Below, in pieces: positions 12,828-27,200 of a stretch of DNA of 64,000 bases. A program made the translations under genes and the position numbers. The notes beneath the pieces are model-generated. The model was not told where the DNA came from. It did not search any database and saw nothing but the letters and a program-made list of their open reading frames with translations. Origin of the DNA: Macrostomum lignano (lineage: Eukaryota); contig NIVC01000011.1 in the NCBI GenBank assembly GCA_002269645.1, positions 310,001 to 374,000 on the forward strand, written 5' to 3'. The number at the start of each line of letters is the position of its first letter. The stretch's first letter is position 1.

Positions 12828-15370
12828 CCATTCACCCTCTGTCCACCTCTACCCAACTCTCCCATTCACCCTCTGTCCACCTCTACCCAACTCTCCCATT
12901 CACCCTCTGTCCACCTCTACCCAACTCTCCCACTCACCCTCTGTCCATCTCTACCCAACTCTCCCATTCACCCTCTGTCCATCTCTACCCAACTCTCCCA
13001 CTCACCCTCTGTCCACCTCTACCCAACTCTCCCATTCACCCTCTGTCCACCTCTACCCAACTCTCCCATTCAGCCTCTGTCCACCTCTACCCAACTCTCC
13101 CATTCACCCTCTGTCCACCTCTACCCAACTCTCCCATTCACCCTCTGTCCATCTCTACCCAACTCTCCCATTCACCCTCTGTACACCTCTACCCAACTCT
13201 CCCATTCACCCTCTGTCCACCTCTACCCAACTCTCCCATTCACCCTCTGTCCACCTCTACCCAACTCTCCCATTCACCCTCTGTCCAACTCTACCCAACT
13301 CTCCCATTCACCCTCTGTCTACCTCTACCCAACTCTCCCATTCACCCTCTGTCCATCTCTACCCAACTCTCCCATTCACCCTCTGTCCAACTCTACCCAA
13401 CTCTCCCATTCACCCTCTGTCCACCTCTACCCAACTCTCCCACTCACCCTCTGTCCATCTCTACCCAACTCTCCCATTCACCCTCTGTCCATCTCTACCC
13501 AACTCTCCCACTCACCCTCTGTCCACCTCTACCCAACTCTCCCACTCACCCTCTGTCCATCTCTACCCAACTCTCCCATTCACCCTCTGTCCACCTCTAC
13601 CCAACTCTCCCATTCACCCTCTGTCCACCTCTACCCAACTCTCCCACTCACCCTCTGTCCATCTCTACCCAACTCTCCCATTCACCCTCTGTCCATCTCT
13701 ACCCAACTCTCCCACTCACCCTCTGTCCACCTCTACCCAACTCTCCCATTCACCCTCTGTCCACCTCTACCCAACTCTCCCATTCAGCCTCTGTCCACCT
13801 CTACCCAACTCTCCCATTCACCCTCTGTCCACCTCTACCCAACTCTCCCATTCACCCTCTGTCCATCTCTACCCAACTCTCCCATTCACCCTCTGTACAC
13901 CTCTACCCAACTCTCCCATTCACCCTCTGTCCACCTCTACCCAACTCTCCCATTCACCCTCTGTCCACCTCTACCCAACTCTCCCATTCACCCTCTGTCC
14001 AACTCTACCCAACTCTCCCATTCACCCTCTGTCTACCTCTACCCAACTCTCCCATTCACCCTCTGTCCATCTCTACCCAACTCTCCCATTCACCCTCTGT
14101 CCAACTCTACCCAACTCTCCCATTCACCCTCTGTCCACCTCTACCCAACTCTCCCATTCAGCCTCTGTCCACCTCTACCCAACTCTCCCACTCACCCTCT
14201 GTCCACCTCTACCCAACTCTCCCATTCACCCTCTGTCCAACTCTACCCAACTCTCCCATTCACCCTCTGTCCAACTCTACCCAACTCTCCCATTTACCCT
14301 CTGTCCACCTCTACCCAACTCTCCCATTTACCCTCTGTCCACCTCTACCCAACTCTCCCATTTACCCTCTGTCCACCTCTACCCAACTGTCCCATTCACC
14401 ATCTGTCCACCTCTACACAACTCTCCCATTCACCCTCTGTCCACCTCTACCCAACTCTCCCATTCACCCTCTGTCCACCTCTACTCAACTCTCTTATTCA
14501 CCCTCTGTCCACCTCTACCCAACTCTCCCACTCACCCTCTGTCCATCTCTACCCAACTCTCCCATTCACCCTCTGTCCACCTCTACCCAACTGTCCCATT
14601 CACCCTCTGTCCACCTCTACCCAACTGTCCCATTCACCCTCTGTCCACCTCTACCCAACTCTCCCATTTACCCTCTGTCCACCTCTATCCAACTCTCCCA
14701 TTTACCCTCTTTCCACCTCTACCCAACTCTCCCATTCACCCTCTGTCCACCTCTACCCAACTCTCCCATTCACCCTCTGTCCAACTATACCCAACTCTCC
14801 CATTTACCCTCTGTCCATCTCTACCCAACTCTCCCATTCACTCTCTGTCCACCTCTACCCAACTCTCTCATTCACCCTCTGTCCAACTATACCCAACTCT
14901 CCCATTCACCCTCTGTCCAACTATACCCAACTCTCCCATTTACCCTCTGTCCATCTCTACCCAACTCTCCCATTCACCCTCTGTCCACCTCTACCCAACT
15001 CTCCCATTCACCCTCTGTCCACCTCTACCCAACTCTCCCATTCACCCTCTGTCCACCTCTACCCAACTGTCCCATTCACCCTCTGTCCACCTCTACCCAA
15101 CTGTCCCATTCACCCTCTGTCCACCTCTACCCAACTCTCCCATTCACTCTCTGTCCACCTCTACCCAACTCTCCCATTCACCCTCTGTCCACCTCTACCC
15201 AACTCTCCCATTCACCCTCTGTCCACCTCTACCCAACTGTCCCATTCACCCTCTGTCCACCTCTACCCAACTCTCCCATTCACCCTCTGTCCACCTCTAC
15301 CCAACTCTCCCATTCACCCTCTGTCCACCTCTACCCAACTCTCCCATTCACCCTCTGTCCATCTCTATCC
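12828..15370. repeat. 34-bp minisatellite, ~75 copies (CCCATTCACCCTCTGTCCACCTCTACCCAACTCT)
   Basis: Direct reading. The 34-aa periodicity of the spurious ORFs equals 3 units. Rare variants recur at a 714-bp (21-unit) offset. Confidence 0.98.
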
Positions 15371-16117
15371 ACTGAATATTCTTTATAAATTTTCAGCATA
15401 TTTCACAGGAGGGAAGTCACCTACACCCCTCATTTTCCCTCAATTCCCCAGCGGAAATCCCCAATGTTTTCCAAGCTTCCAACAAAATCCATCCCAAGGC
15501 TGAGGGACACGGTTTTCCAAAACACAGAATGGAACCCAGAAGCAGAAAAATTGGTATTCAGTTTCAAGAATTGGCACTCTAACTTGTACTAAAGAAACTT
15601 TGAAGACTGACAAAGGTCATCAGAAATATTTAAGTCTGGAAGAAGCCTAAAAGTTTGAAAACTTTGTTCCCACTCTTCTTTTCACTAAAAATTTGTGACC
15701 TCATCTCTCTGTGTCACCCGCACAGCCTCCTTCCCCATCAGCAAGGTCATCTGTTCATCGAACTGTCCCCATTTTCTATCTTTCTTTTTCTACTTTTCCT
15801 CTTATTCAATCTTTTCCGTCCCCAGAAAATCCTTCACCCAGTGTCTCCAGTCGGTCTATTACCCAGACACCAATTAAGAGGAATTCTGCTGTTTAATGCC
15901 GATGGACAGTGAAAGATATGGGAACAGCTTTACGTCTTAGTGATGTTCAGTAGCATGCAATAGGATGTCCTCCCCTAGTTGAAGTCAGTTTTTTCCTCAT
16001 TTACCCTTTTAAGACAGGCATACAATTTAACGATTATCTAATTGTCTAATATGTCTAACAATTTTATTTTCTCTCAGAATCCGCGATTTTATTGCCTGAA
16101 GTAACTCAGAATTACCT

Positions 16118-16733
16118 CTGTCTACCTCAATATACCCCTGTCTACCTCAATATACCCCTGTCTACCTCAATATACCCCTGTCTAACCTCAATATACCCCT
16201 GTCTACCTCAATATACCCCTGTCTACCTCAATATACCCGTGTCTACCTCAATATACCCTGTCTACCTCAATACCCCTGTCTACCTCAGTATACCCCTATC
16301 TACCTCAATATAACCCTGTCTAACCTCAATAGCCTCCTGTCTACCTCAATATACCCCTGTCTACCTCAGTATACCCGTGTCTACCTCAATATACCCGTGT
16401 CTACCTCAATATACCCCTGTCTACCTCAATATACCCCTGTCTACCTCAATATACCCCTGTCTATCCCAATATACCCCTGTCTACCTCAATATACCCGTGT
16501 CTACCTCAATATACCCGTGTCTACCTCAATATACCCCTGTCTACCTCAATATACCCCTGTCTACCCCAATATACCCCTGTCTACCTCAATATACCCCTGT
16601 CTACCTCAATATACCCCTGTCTACCTCAATATACCCCTGTCTACCTCAGTATACCCCTGTCTACCTCAATATACCCCTGTCTACCTCAATATACCCCTGT
16701 CTACCTCAGTATACCCCTGTCTACCTGAATATT
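16118..16733. repeat. 20-bp minisatellite, ~31 copies (CTGTCTACCTCAATATACCC)
   Basis: Direct reading. Confidence 0.97.
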
Positions 16734-18300
16734 CTCTACCTCTATCCACCTTTATCTATACCACTGCCTACCCTCCATCTCCATGCTCTTCTCTATCACC
16801 TCTACCTAACATTCTACCTAAACCCCATCTACCCGTGTCAATCACTGTCTACCCTAATGGACCAACTAAACAACACCCCCAGTTCTAAAGTTCCTCACAG
16901 CCGTCTATAGTATCTAATCTTATAAATTTTATCCTTTCTCTCAACTTTCATAATAGTAGCTATATAGTCTAGACAAAATCATAAATTGATGTAGCTTCTC
17001 AATTTCCGATTCAGCTCACCAACAACAGAGCAATATAACAATTTCCAGCTCATCGACTGCTCAAGCGATTGAAGACAATTGAAGCAAGAGGGGGTCTTCT
17101 TTCTCGAAATTGCCGCTAGAATGCATTTGGCCAAGTCTCTAACCAACTGCAGATTTTGTCTTCCCATAATCATATTTATCTATATATTCCCCCACTAAGA
17201 CATTGAACCATGACACTCACCAGACCGCGAGTAATGAGGATGTGGGGAGGGGCTGGCGAACCCACCCAGAACACGCCAAGATGCTTCCAGTCTTCCTTTC
17301 CCAACCTTTCCCAGCTGCATGCTCGCAGTTCAATCCACCAATTACCTGCTGCTAGAATCCTAGTTGCTAGGCTGAGATGCCCTGCGACGACTTCATGCAT
17401 ATATGAACCCCACCCCCCATCCCCAACCTCAGCATGTGTTCGACATGCAGCAGCCACCAGCCCCTTATGGCGAATGCTAAATGGGGATATATTCCCATGC
17501 TGGCTTTAGCTTGATGTTCCAGTCAGCCGCCAACTTAATGAGAAATAGGGAATTTAGCATTTTTTATACTAGGGTAGAATTATTGTACACAGCTGCCAGA
17601 TAGAAGGCACCGATTTCACCTGACTAAATAGAGAGGGAAACCTTGCTCGGGATAGATGGTTGCATAATTGATGCGGCCGGAGAGATTTCAGCTGCTTAAA
17701 TTCTCTGTGGAGTGGACAGGATCTGCGGGATTAAATACGAGCTAATTTTTTTCTGCGTTGAAATTTAAATCTGTCTCCTCCTGATGAGTCAAGCAAGCCT
17801 CGATGCCAGAGTGACCTGCATCCGTCAGAATTCTCCGTACTCGCTAATCCTCTCTTGAGCCCCACCATTATTGTTATTATTTAAATCCTCTCTATAAACG
17901 TGGTTCTTTAAGCGTAGGATTTTAATCCTAGTCTTTAGATAATAATGGTGTAGGTTTTTTGAGACTATACTCCTAGCGGCGCGTGAAAGCATGCAGCGCA
18001 CGACTTGTCCTGTGGGGGATTTGGCAAGCCTGACTTGATAGCAGGAACAAAAGAATCCAGCGAGACTGTTAGCGGGGCTCTGGGATTCCGCAAGGGGATA
18101 TTTTTCCCTCGGACAGATTTGCAGGATGGCGGGGAAGGCGACGCAAAAAACACCCCACGTTATTGCTTGAAGTCGCAGGGACACAAAAGGAAGCGATTGA
18201 TACTCGACATGGGGGATTGCGTGATCGAATGGCATTACAATCGATTGCTGGAATTAGAGCAGCCACGTGTGATGCAATCGATACATGCTTTTGGAATGCC

Positions 18301-18856
<556 letters not shown>

Positions 18857-19304
18857 GATGTGTCTATCACCAACCTTTTTATCTCAAACTAAATATAATT
18901 TATGTAACCTTTGACCCCAAAATATCAATGCTTTAATTGTTTAAACTTACTTATTGCCAAAGTCTTGATTAAAGTTTTTCCTAGCCAAGCAACTGCATCC
19001 GAACGCGTCAGCTGTTGACTTTGGCTCGACTTGAAAGATCTGAACCGCATTGAATTTTGAATCCTTCTGACCGAAGCTTTGAGGGTCAAAAATTTTTTAT
19101 CACAGATCAAAGACAAATGAGCGCCGGCAAAACTCCTTGATTTTGTATCTTTTTTAAAAGCAATCGGCTTTAAAGGTCACATATGAAATGGAGATATCAA
19201 GACATGAATAAGAAGCATTCATTTTTTACTGAGGTCAAAAAAACAGCTAGAAGATAGGAGAAAGAAGACACATAAACTGATTGAGAGAAAGCAGACAGTA
19301 GGTT

Positions 19305-22300
19305 GAGAGAGGGAGTAGACAGAGTGTGAAGAGAGGAGTAGACAGAGGGTAGAGAGAGGAGTAGACAGAGGGTAGAGAGAGGAGTAGACAGAGGGTGGAG
19401 AGAGAGGAGTAGACAGAGGGTGGAGAGAGGGAGTAGACAGAGTGTGAAGAGAGGGAGTAGACAGAGGGTGGAGAGAGAGGAGTAGACAGAGGGTGGAGAG
19501 AGGGAGTAGACAGAGTGTGAAGAGAGGGAGTAGACAGAGGGTGGAGAGAGGGAGTAGACAGAGGGTGGAGAGAGGGAAAGTAGACAGAGGGTGGAGAGAG
19601 GGAAAGTAGACAGAGGGTGGAGAGAGGGAGTAGACAGAGGGTGGAGAGAGAGGAGTAGACAGAGGGTGGAGAGAGAGGAGTAGACAGAGGGTGGAGAGAG
19701 GGAGTAGACAGAGTGTGAAGAGAGGGAGTAGACAGAGGGTGGAGAGAGAGGAGTAGACAGAGGGTGGAGAGAGGGAGTAGACAGAGTGTGAAGAGAGGGA
19801 GTAGACAGAGGGTGGAGAGAGGGAGTAGACAGAGGGTGGAGAGAGGGAGTAGACAGAGTGTGAAGAGAGGGAGTAGACAGAGGGTGGAGAGAGGGAGTAG
19901 ACAGAGGGTGAAGAGAGGAGTAGACAGAGGGTGGAGAGAGGGAAAGTAGACAGAGGGTGGAGAGAGAGGAGTAGACAGAGGGTGGAGAGAGAGGAGTAGA
20001 CAGAGGGTGGAGAGAGAGGAGTAGACAGAGGGTGGAGAGAGGGAGTAGACAGAGTGTGAAGAGAGGGAGTAGACAGAGGGTGGAGAGAGGGAGTAGACAG
20101 AGTGTGAAGAGAGGGAGTAGACAGAGGGTGAAGAGAGGGAGTAGACAGAGGGTGGAGAGAGAGGAGTAGACAGAGGGTAGAGAGAGGGAGTAGACAGAGT
20201 GTGAAGAGAGGGAGTAGACAGAGGGTGAAGAGAGGGAGTAGACAGAGGGTAGAGGAGTAGACAGAGGGTGGAGAGAGGATTAGACAGAGGGTGGAGAGAG
20301 GGAAAGTAGACAGAGGGTGGAGAGAGAGTAGACAGAGGGTGGAGAGAGGGAGTAGACAGAGGGTGGAGAGAGAGGAGTAGACAGAGGGTGGAGAGAGGGA
20401 GTAGACAGAGGGTGGAGAGAGAGGAGTAGACAGAGGGTGGAGAGAGGGAGTAGACAGAGGGTGGAGAGACGGAAAGTAGACAGAGGGTGGAGAGAGAGGA
20501 GTAGACAGAGGGTGGAGAGAGGGAGTAGACAGAGGGTGGAGAGAGGGAGTAGACAGAGTGTGAAGAGAGGGAGTAGACAGAGGGTGGAGAGAGAGGAGTA
20601 GACAGAGGGTGGAGAGAGGGAAAGTAGACAGAGGGTGGAGAGAGAGGAGTAGACAGAGTGTGAAGAGAGGAGTAGACAGAGGGTAGAGGGAGTAGACAGA
20701 GGGTGGAGAGAGGATTAGACAGAGGGTGGAGAGAGGGAAAGTAGACAGAGGGTGGAGAGAGAGGAGTAGACAGAGGGTGGAGAGAGGGAGTAGACAGAGG
20801 GTGGAGAGAGGGAAAGTAGACAGAGGGTGGAGAGAGGGAGTAGACAGAGGGTGGAGAGAGAGGAGTAGACAGAGGGTGGAGAGAGGGAGTAGACAGAGGG
20901 TGGAGAGAGGGAAAGTAGACAGAGGGTGGAGAGAGGGAGTAGACAGAGGGTGGAGAGAGAGGAGTAGACAGAGGGTGGAGAGAGGGAGTAGACAGAGGGT
21001 GGAGAGACGGAAAGTAGACAGAGGGTGAGAGAGGGAGTAGACAGAGGGTGGAGAGACGGAAAGTAGACAGAGGGTGGAGAGAGGGAGTAGACAGAGGGTG
21101 GAGAGAGGGAAAGTAGACAGAGGGTGGAGAGAGAGGAGTAGACAGAGGGTGGAGAGAGAGGAGTAGACAGAGGGTGGAGAGAGAGGAGTAGACAGAGGGT
21201 GGAGAGACGGAAAGTAGACAGAGGGTGGAGAGAGGGAGTAGACAGAGGGTGGAGAGAGAGGAGTAGACAGAGGGTGGAGAGAGAGGAGTAGACAGAGGGT
21301 GGAGAGAGGGAGTAGACAGAGGGTGGAGAGAGGGAAAGTAGACAGAGGGTGGAGAGAGGGAGTAGACAGAGGGTGGAGAGACGGAAAGTAGACAGAGGGT
21401 GGAGAGAGGGAGTAGACAGAGGGTGGAGAGAGGGAGTAGACAGAGTGTGAAGAGAGGGAGTAGACAGAGGGTGGAGAGAGGGAGTAGACAGAGGGTGGAG
21501 AGAGGAGTAGACAGAGGGTGGAGAGAGGGAAAGTAGACAGAGGGTGGAGAGAGAGGAGTAGACAGAGGGTGGAGAGAGAGGAGTAGACAGAGGGTGGAGA
21601 GAGAGGAGTAGACAGAGGGTGGAGAGAGGGAGTAGACAGAGTGTGAAGAGAGGGAGTAGACAGAGGGTGGAGAGAGGGAGTAGACAGAGTGTGAAGAGAG
21701 GGGGTAGACAGAGGGTGAAGAGAGGGAGTAGACAGAGGGTGGAGAGAGAGGAGTAGACAGAGGGTAGAGAGAGGGAGTAGACAGAGTGTGAAGAGAGGGA
21801 GTAGACAGAGGGTGAAGAGAGGGAGTAGACAGAGGGTAGAGGGAGTAGACAGAGGGTGGAGAGAGGATTAGACAGAGGGTGGAGAGAGGGAAAGTAGACA
21901 GAGGGTGGAGAGAGAGGAGTAGACAGAGGGTGGAGAGAGGGAGTAGACAGAGGGTGGAGAGAGAGGAGTAGACAGAGGGTGGAGAGAGGGAGTAGACAGA
22001 GGGTGGAGAGAGAGGAGTAGACAGAGGGTGGAGAGAGGGAGTAGACAGAGGGTGGAGAGAGGGAAAGTAGACAGAGGGTGGAGAGAGGGAGTAGACAGAG
22101 GGTGGAGAGAGAGGAGTAGACAGAGGGTGGAGAGAGGGAGTAGACAGAGGGTGGAGAGACGGAAAGTAGACAGAGGGTGGAGAGAGAGGAGTAGACAGAG
22201 GGTGGAGAGAGGGAGTAGACAGAGGGTGGAGAGAGGGAGTAGACAGAGTGTGAAGAGAGGGAGTAGACAGAGGGTGGAGAGAGAGGAGTAGACAGAGGGT

Positions 22301-23207
22301 GGAGAGAGGGAAAGTAGACAGAGGGTGGAGAGAGAGGAGTAGACAGAGTGTGAAGAGAGGGAGTAGACAGAGGGTAGAGGGAGTAGACAGAGGGTGGAGA
22401 GAGGATTAGACAGAGGGTGGAGAGAGGGAAAGTAGACAGAGGGTGGAGAGAGAGGAGTAGACAGAGGGTGGAGAGAGGGAGTAGACAGAGGGTGGAGAGA
22501 GAGGAGTAGACAGAGGGTGGAGAGAGGGAGTAGACAGAGGGTGGAGAGAGAGGAGTAGACAGAGGGTGGAGAGAGGGAGTAGACAGAGGGTGGAGAGAGG
22601 AGTAGACAGAGGGTGGAGAGAGGGAGTAGACAGAGGGTGGAGAGAGAGGAGTAGACAGAGGGTGGAGAGAGGGAGTAGACAGAGGGTGGAGAGACGGAAA
22701 GTAGACAGAGGGTGGAGAGAGGGAGTAGACAGAGGGTGGAGAGACGGAAAGTAGACAGAGGGTGGAGAGAGGGAGTAGACAGAGGGTGGAGAGACGGAAA
22801 GTAGACAGAGGGTGGAGAGAGAGGAGTAGACAGAGGGTGGAGAGAGAGGAGTAGACAGAGGGTGGAGAGAGAGGAGTAGACAGAGGGTGGAGAGACGGAA
22901 AGTAGACAGAGGGTGGAGAGAGGGAGTAGACAGAGGGTGGAGAGAGAGGAGTAGACAGAGGGTGGAGAGAGAGGAGTAGACAGAGGGTGGAGAGAGGGAG
23001 TAGACAGAGGGTGGAGAGAGGGAAAGTAGACAGAGGGTGGAGAGAGGGAGTAGACAGAGGGTGGAGAGACGGAAAGTAGACAGAGGGTGGAGAGAGGGAG
23101 TAGACAGAGGGTGGAGAGAGAGGAGTAGACAGAGGGTGGAGAGAGGGAGTAGACAGAGGGTGGAGAGAGAGGAGTAGACAGAGGGTGGAGAGAGGGAGTA
23201 GACAGAG
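19305..23207. repeat. Purine-rich 23-26-bp minisatellite, ~160 copies (GAGAGAGGGAGTAGACAGAGGGTG and variants)
   Basis: Direct reading. Variants GGAAAG, ACGGAAAG, GTGTGAAG and AGGATTAG recur in blocks. Confidence 0.98.
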
Positions 23208-24256
23208 TAGTAGTCACCACGATTTGTTAGGAACGGTTCACCAATGTAACTTTATCTTTTCATTATGTTTGCTAAAGTGAAATGCCGAGTGCCTATCAGA
23301 TTCTAGGTTAATAACCAAAAAGATGATGCTAGCTAGATATCGCAATTATTCCAATTGATTGGATGAATGAGTTCCCAGCGACCCAATCAGCAATCTGCCA
23401 CGCACTGACACCAGATGCAGTTGCTCATATTTCAGTTTTGAGGCACCCGCAGAGCTCACAAATCGATCCTTGGCACGTGCCAGCTCAGACAGTCACGGGA
23501 ATTTGCTTGGCTAATCGCACATACAATTTTCAAAGGCTCAAAGCGAAAATCAAAAGCTTTCCCTACATATGAAAAATTTCTTTAATTAAGCACAAAAGAA
23601 ACGCGCCATCTGCCTGATCCCTTTGGAGCAGATTTTCTCAAATCCCACTTGGGGATGCTCTTGACACGCCTAATCTTAAAGAGGATGGCATGATAAATGC
23701 TTGGCTTTATCGAGACCTTTTCTATAATCTAATATTCCATATTGTGTCAATAGTTGCAAAAAATCACAATTCACAATCATCCTGCAAGCTCTTCCTTCTG
23801 ACGCGTCTCCCACATCCTCTCTACCTTTTCCTTTTCGTCTCAGACTCTCTGAGGCTGCCTTCATCCGTCTGCTGCCTTCTCTTCCTTTCCTGCATTTCTT
23901 GCTTAGTTTTTTCCATAATCTACAGGTGCGCCTTGTGTCCCCCCTCCCTTAGTGACGCGCTGCTCGCTTGACCTGCTCAAGCTCCGTCCCCCATCACATT
24001 TACCTGACGTTCCCCAAGGTGCTCAAATTCCAAATTCAACGCATAAATTGTCCCTGCCTGTGAATAGCGATCTCATTGATAACCTACCTTGGCTAGCATA
24101 TAACTGATACAGCTATCTGGCTGTTAGTGAATATTTGTACTTTAATTTTTCTTGCATTTTACGGTAGGAATATTAACATCTGATAGGGGTGATTGGCGGA
24201 GACGGTGTCAAATGGAGCATTGTCATCTTAATCAAATACAAATATAAGAATGGAGA

Positions 24257-27200
24257 GTCAGAGAGGGTGTCAGAGTAGCTGTCAGGAGGGTGTAGAGTAG
24301 CTGTCATGAGGGTGTCAGAGTAGCTGTCAGGAGGGTGACAGAGTATCTGTCATGAGGGTGTCAGAGTAGCTGTCAGAAGGATATCGATATCAGTCAGAGG
24401 ATGTCAGAGTATCATCAGGAGGGTGTCAGAGTATCAGTCAGGCAGGATGTCAGAGTATCAGTCAGGAGGATGTCAGAGTATCAGTCAGGAGGATGTCAGA
24501 GTATCAGTCAGGAGGATGTCAGAGTAGCTGTCAGGAGGGTGCCAGAGTAGCCAGGAGGGTGTCAGAGTAGCTGTCAGGAGGGTGTCAGAGTAGCTGTCAG
24601 GAGGATGTCAGAGTATCAGTCAGGAGGATGTCAGAGTAGCTGTCAGGAGGATGTCAGAGTATCAGTCAGGAGGATGTCAGAGTAGCTGTCAGGAGGGTGC
24701 CAGAGTAGCTGTCAGGAGGATGTCAGAGTATCAGTCAGGAGGGTGTCAGAGTATCAGTCAGGAGGATGTCAGAGTAGCTGTCAGGAGGATGTCAGAGTAT
24801 CAGTCAGGAGGATGCCAGAGTATCAGTCAGGAGGATGTCAGAGTAGCTGTCAGGAGGGTGCCAGAGTAGCTGTCAGGAGGGTGTCAGAGTAGCTGTCAGG
24901 AGGGTGTCAGAGTAGCTGTCAGGAGGATGTCATAGTATCAGTCAGGAGGATGTCAGAGTAGCTGTCAGGAGGATGTCAGAGTATCAGTCAGGAGGATGTC
25001 AGAGTAGCTGTCAGGAGGGTGCCAGAGTAGCTGTCAGGAGGATGTCAGAGTATCAGTCAGGAGGATGTCAGAGTATCAGTCAGGAGGGTGTCAGAGTAGC
25101 TGTCAGGAGGATGTCAGAGTAGCTGTCCGGAGGGTGTCAGAGTAAGGATGTCAGAGTATCAGTCAGGAGGATGTCAGAGTAGCTGTCAGGAGGTGTCAGA
25201 GTAGCTGTCAGGAGGATGTCAGAGTAGCTGTCAGGAGGGTGTCAGAGTAGCTGTCAGGAGGATGTCAGAGTATCAGTCAGGAGGGTGTCAGAGTAGCTGT
25301 CAGGAGGATGTCAGAGTAGCTGTCAGGAGGATGTCAGAGTAGCTGTCAGGAGGGTGTCAGAGTAGCTGTCAGGAGGTGTCAGAGTATCAGTCAGGAGGAT
25401 GTCAGAGTAGCTGTCAGGAGGATGTCAGAGTAGCTGTCAGGAGGGTGTCAGAGTAGCTGTCAGGAGGATAGAGTATCAGTCAGGAGGATGTCAGAGTATC
25501 AGGAGGATGTCAGAGTATCAGTCAGAAGATGTCAGAGTAGCTGTCAGGAGGAGAGTAGCTGTCAGGAGGGTGTCAGAGTAGCTGTCAGGAGGGTGTCAGA
25601 GTAGCTGTCAGGAGGATGTCAGAGTATCAGTCAGGAGGATGTCAGAGTAGCTGTCAGGAGGATGTCAGAGTATCAGTCAGGAGGATGTCAGAGTATCAGT
25701 CAGGAGGATGTCAGAGTATCAGTCAGGAGGATGTCAAGTAGCTGTCAGGAGGTGTCAGAGTAGCTGTCAGGAGGTGTCAGAGTAGCTGTCAGGAGGATGT
25801 CAGAATCAGTCAGGAGGATGTCAGAGTATCAGTCAGGAGGATGTCAGAGTATCAGTCAGGAGGATGTCAGAGTAGCTGTCAGGAGGTGTCAGAGTAGCTG
25901 TCAGGAGGGTGTCAGAGTAGCTGTCAGGAGGGTGTCAGAGTAGCTGTCAGGAGGATGTCAGAGTATCAGTCAGGAGGATGTCAGAGTATCAGTCAGGAGG
26001 ATTCAGAGTCAGTCAGGAGGGTGTCAGAGTAGCTGTCAGGAGGATGTCAGAGTAGCTGTCCGGAGGGTGTCAGAGTAGCTGCCAGGAGGATGTCAGAGTA
26101 TCAGTCAGGAGGATGTCAAAGTAGCTGTCAGGAGGGTGTCAGAGTAGCTGTCAGGAGGATGTCAGAGTAGCTGTCAGGAGGGTGTCAGAGTAGCTGTCAG
26201 GAGGATGTCAGAGTATCAGTCAGGAGGGTGTCAGAGTAGCTGTCAGGAGGATGTCAGAGTATCAGTCAGAGAGGGTGTCAGAGTAGCTGTCAGAGGGTGT
26301 CAGAGGATCAGTCAGGAGGATGTCAGAGTAGCTGTCAGGAGGATGTCAGAGTAGCTGTCAGGAGGGTGTCAGAGTAGCTGTCAGGAGGATGTCAGAGTAT
26401 CAGTCAGGAGGATGTCAGAGTATCAGTCAGGAGGATGTCAGAGTATCAGTCAGGAGGATGTCAGAGTAGCTGTCAGGAGGGTGTCAGAGTAGCTGTCAGG
26501 AGGGTGTCAGAGTAGCTGTCAGGAGGGTGTCAGAGTAGCTGTCAGGAGGAGTGTCAGAGTAGCTGTCAGGAGGATGTCAGAGTATCAGTCAGGAGGATGT
26601 CAGAGTAGCTGTCAGGAGGGTGTCAGAGTATCAGTCAGGAGGATGTCAGAGTAGCTGTCAGGAGGGTGTCAGAGTATCAGTCAGGAGGATGTCAGAGTAT
26701 CAGTCAGGAGGGTGTCAGAGTATCAGTCAGGAGGATGTCAGAGTATCAGTCAGGAGGATGTCAGAGTATCAGTCAGAGGATGTCAGAGTATCAGTCAGGA
26801 GGATGTCAGAGTATCAGTCAGGAGGATGTCAGAGTAGCTGTCAGGAGGGTGTCAGAGTAGCTGTCAGGAGGGTGTCAGAGTAGCTGTCAGGAGGGTGTCA
26901 GAGTAGCTGTCAGAAGGATGTCAGAGTAGCTGTCAGGAGGATGTCAGAGTATCAGTCAGGAGGATGTCAGAGTAGCTGTCAGGAGGGTGTCAGAGTAGCT
27001 GTCAGGAGGGTGTCAGAGTATCAGTCAGGAGGATGTCAGAGTATCAGTCAGGAGGATGTCAGAGTATCAGTCAGGAGGATGTCAGAGTAGCTGTCAGGAG
27101 GATGTCAGAGTAGCTGTCAGGAGGATGTCAGAGTAGCTGTCCGGAGGGTGTCAGAGTAGCTGTCAGGAGGATGTCAGAGTAGCTGTCAGGAGGATGTCAG

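Noticed and set aside
12756-15503. 915-aa and 853-aa Pro/Ser/Leu-rich ORFs
   Set aside because: Read-through of the 34-bp repeat on the strand opposite the host gene.
17176-18266. Several 60-150-aa ORFs as intronic genes or exons
   Set aside because: Overlapping ORFs on both strands with no domain or consistent splice signals.
21868-23220. 450-aa minus-strand ORF and the many MSEYQSGG ORFs at 24.6-33.6 kb
   Set aside because: Repeat translations with no splice sites or domain content.
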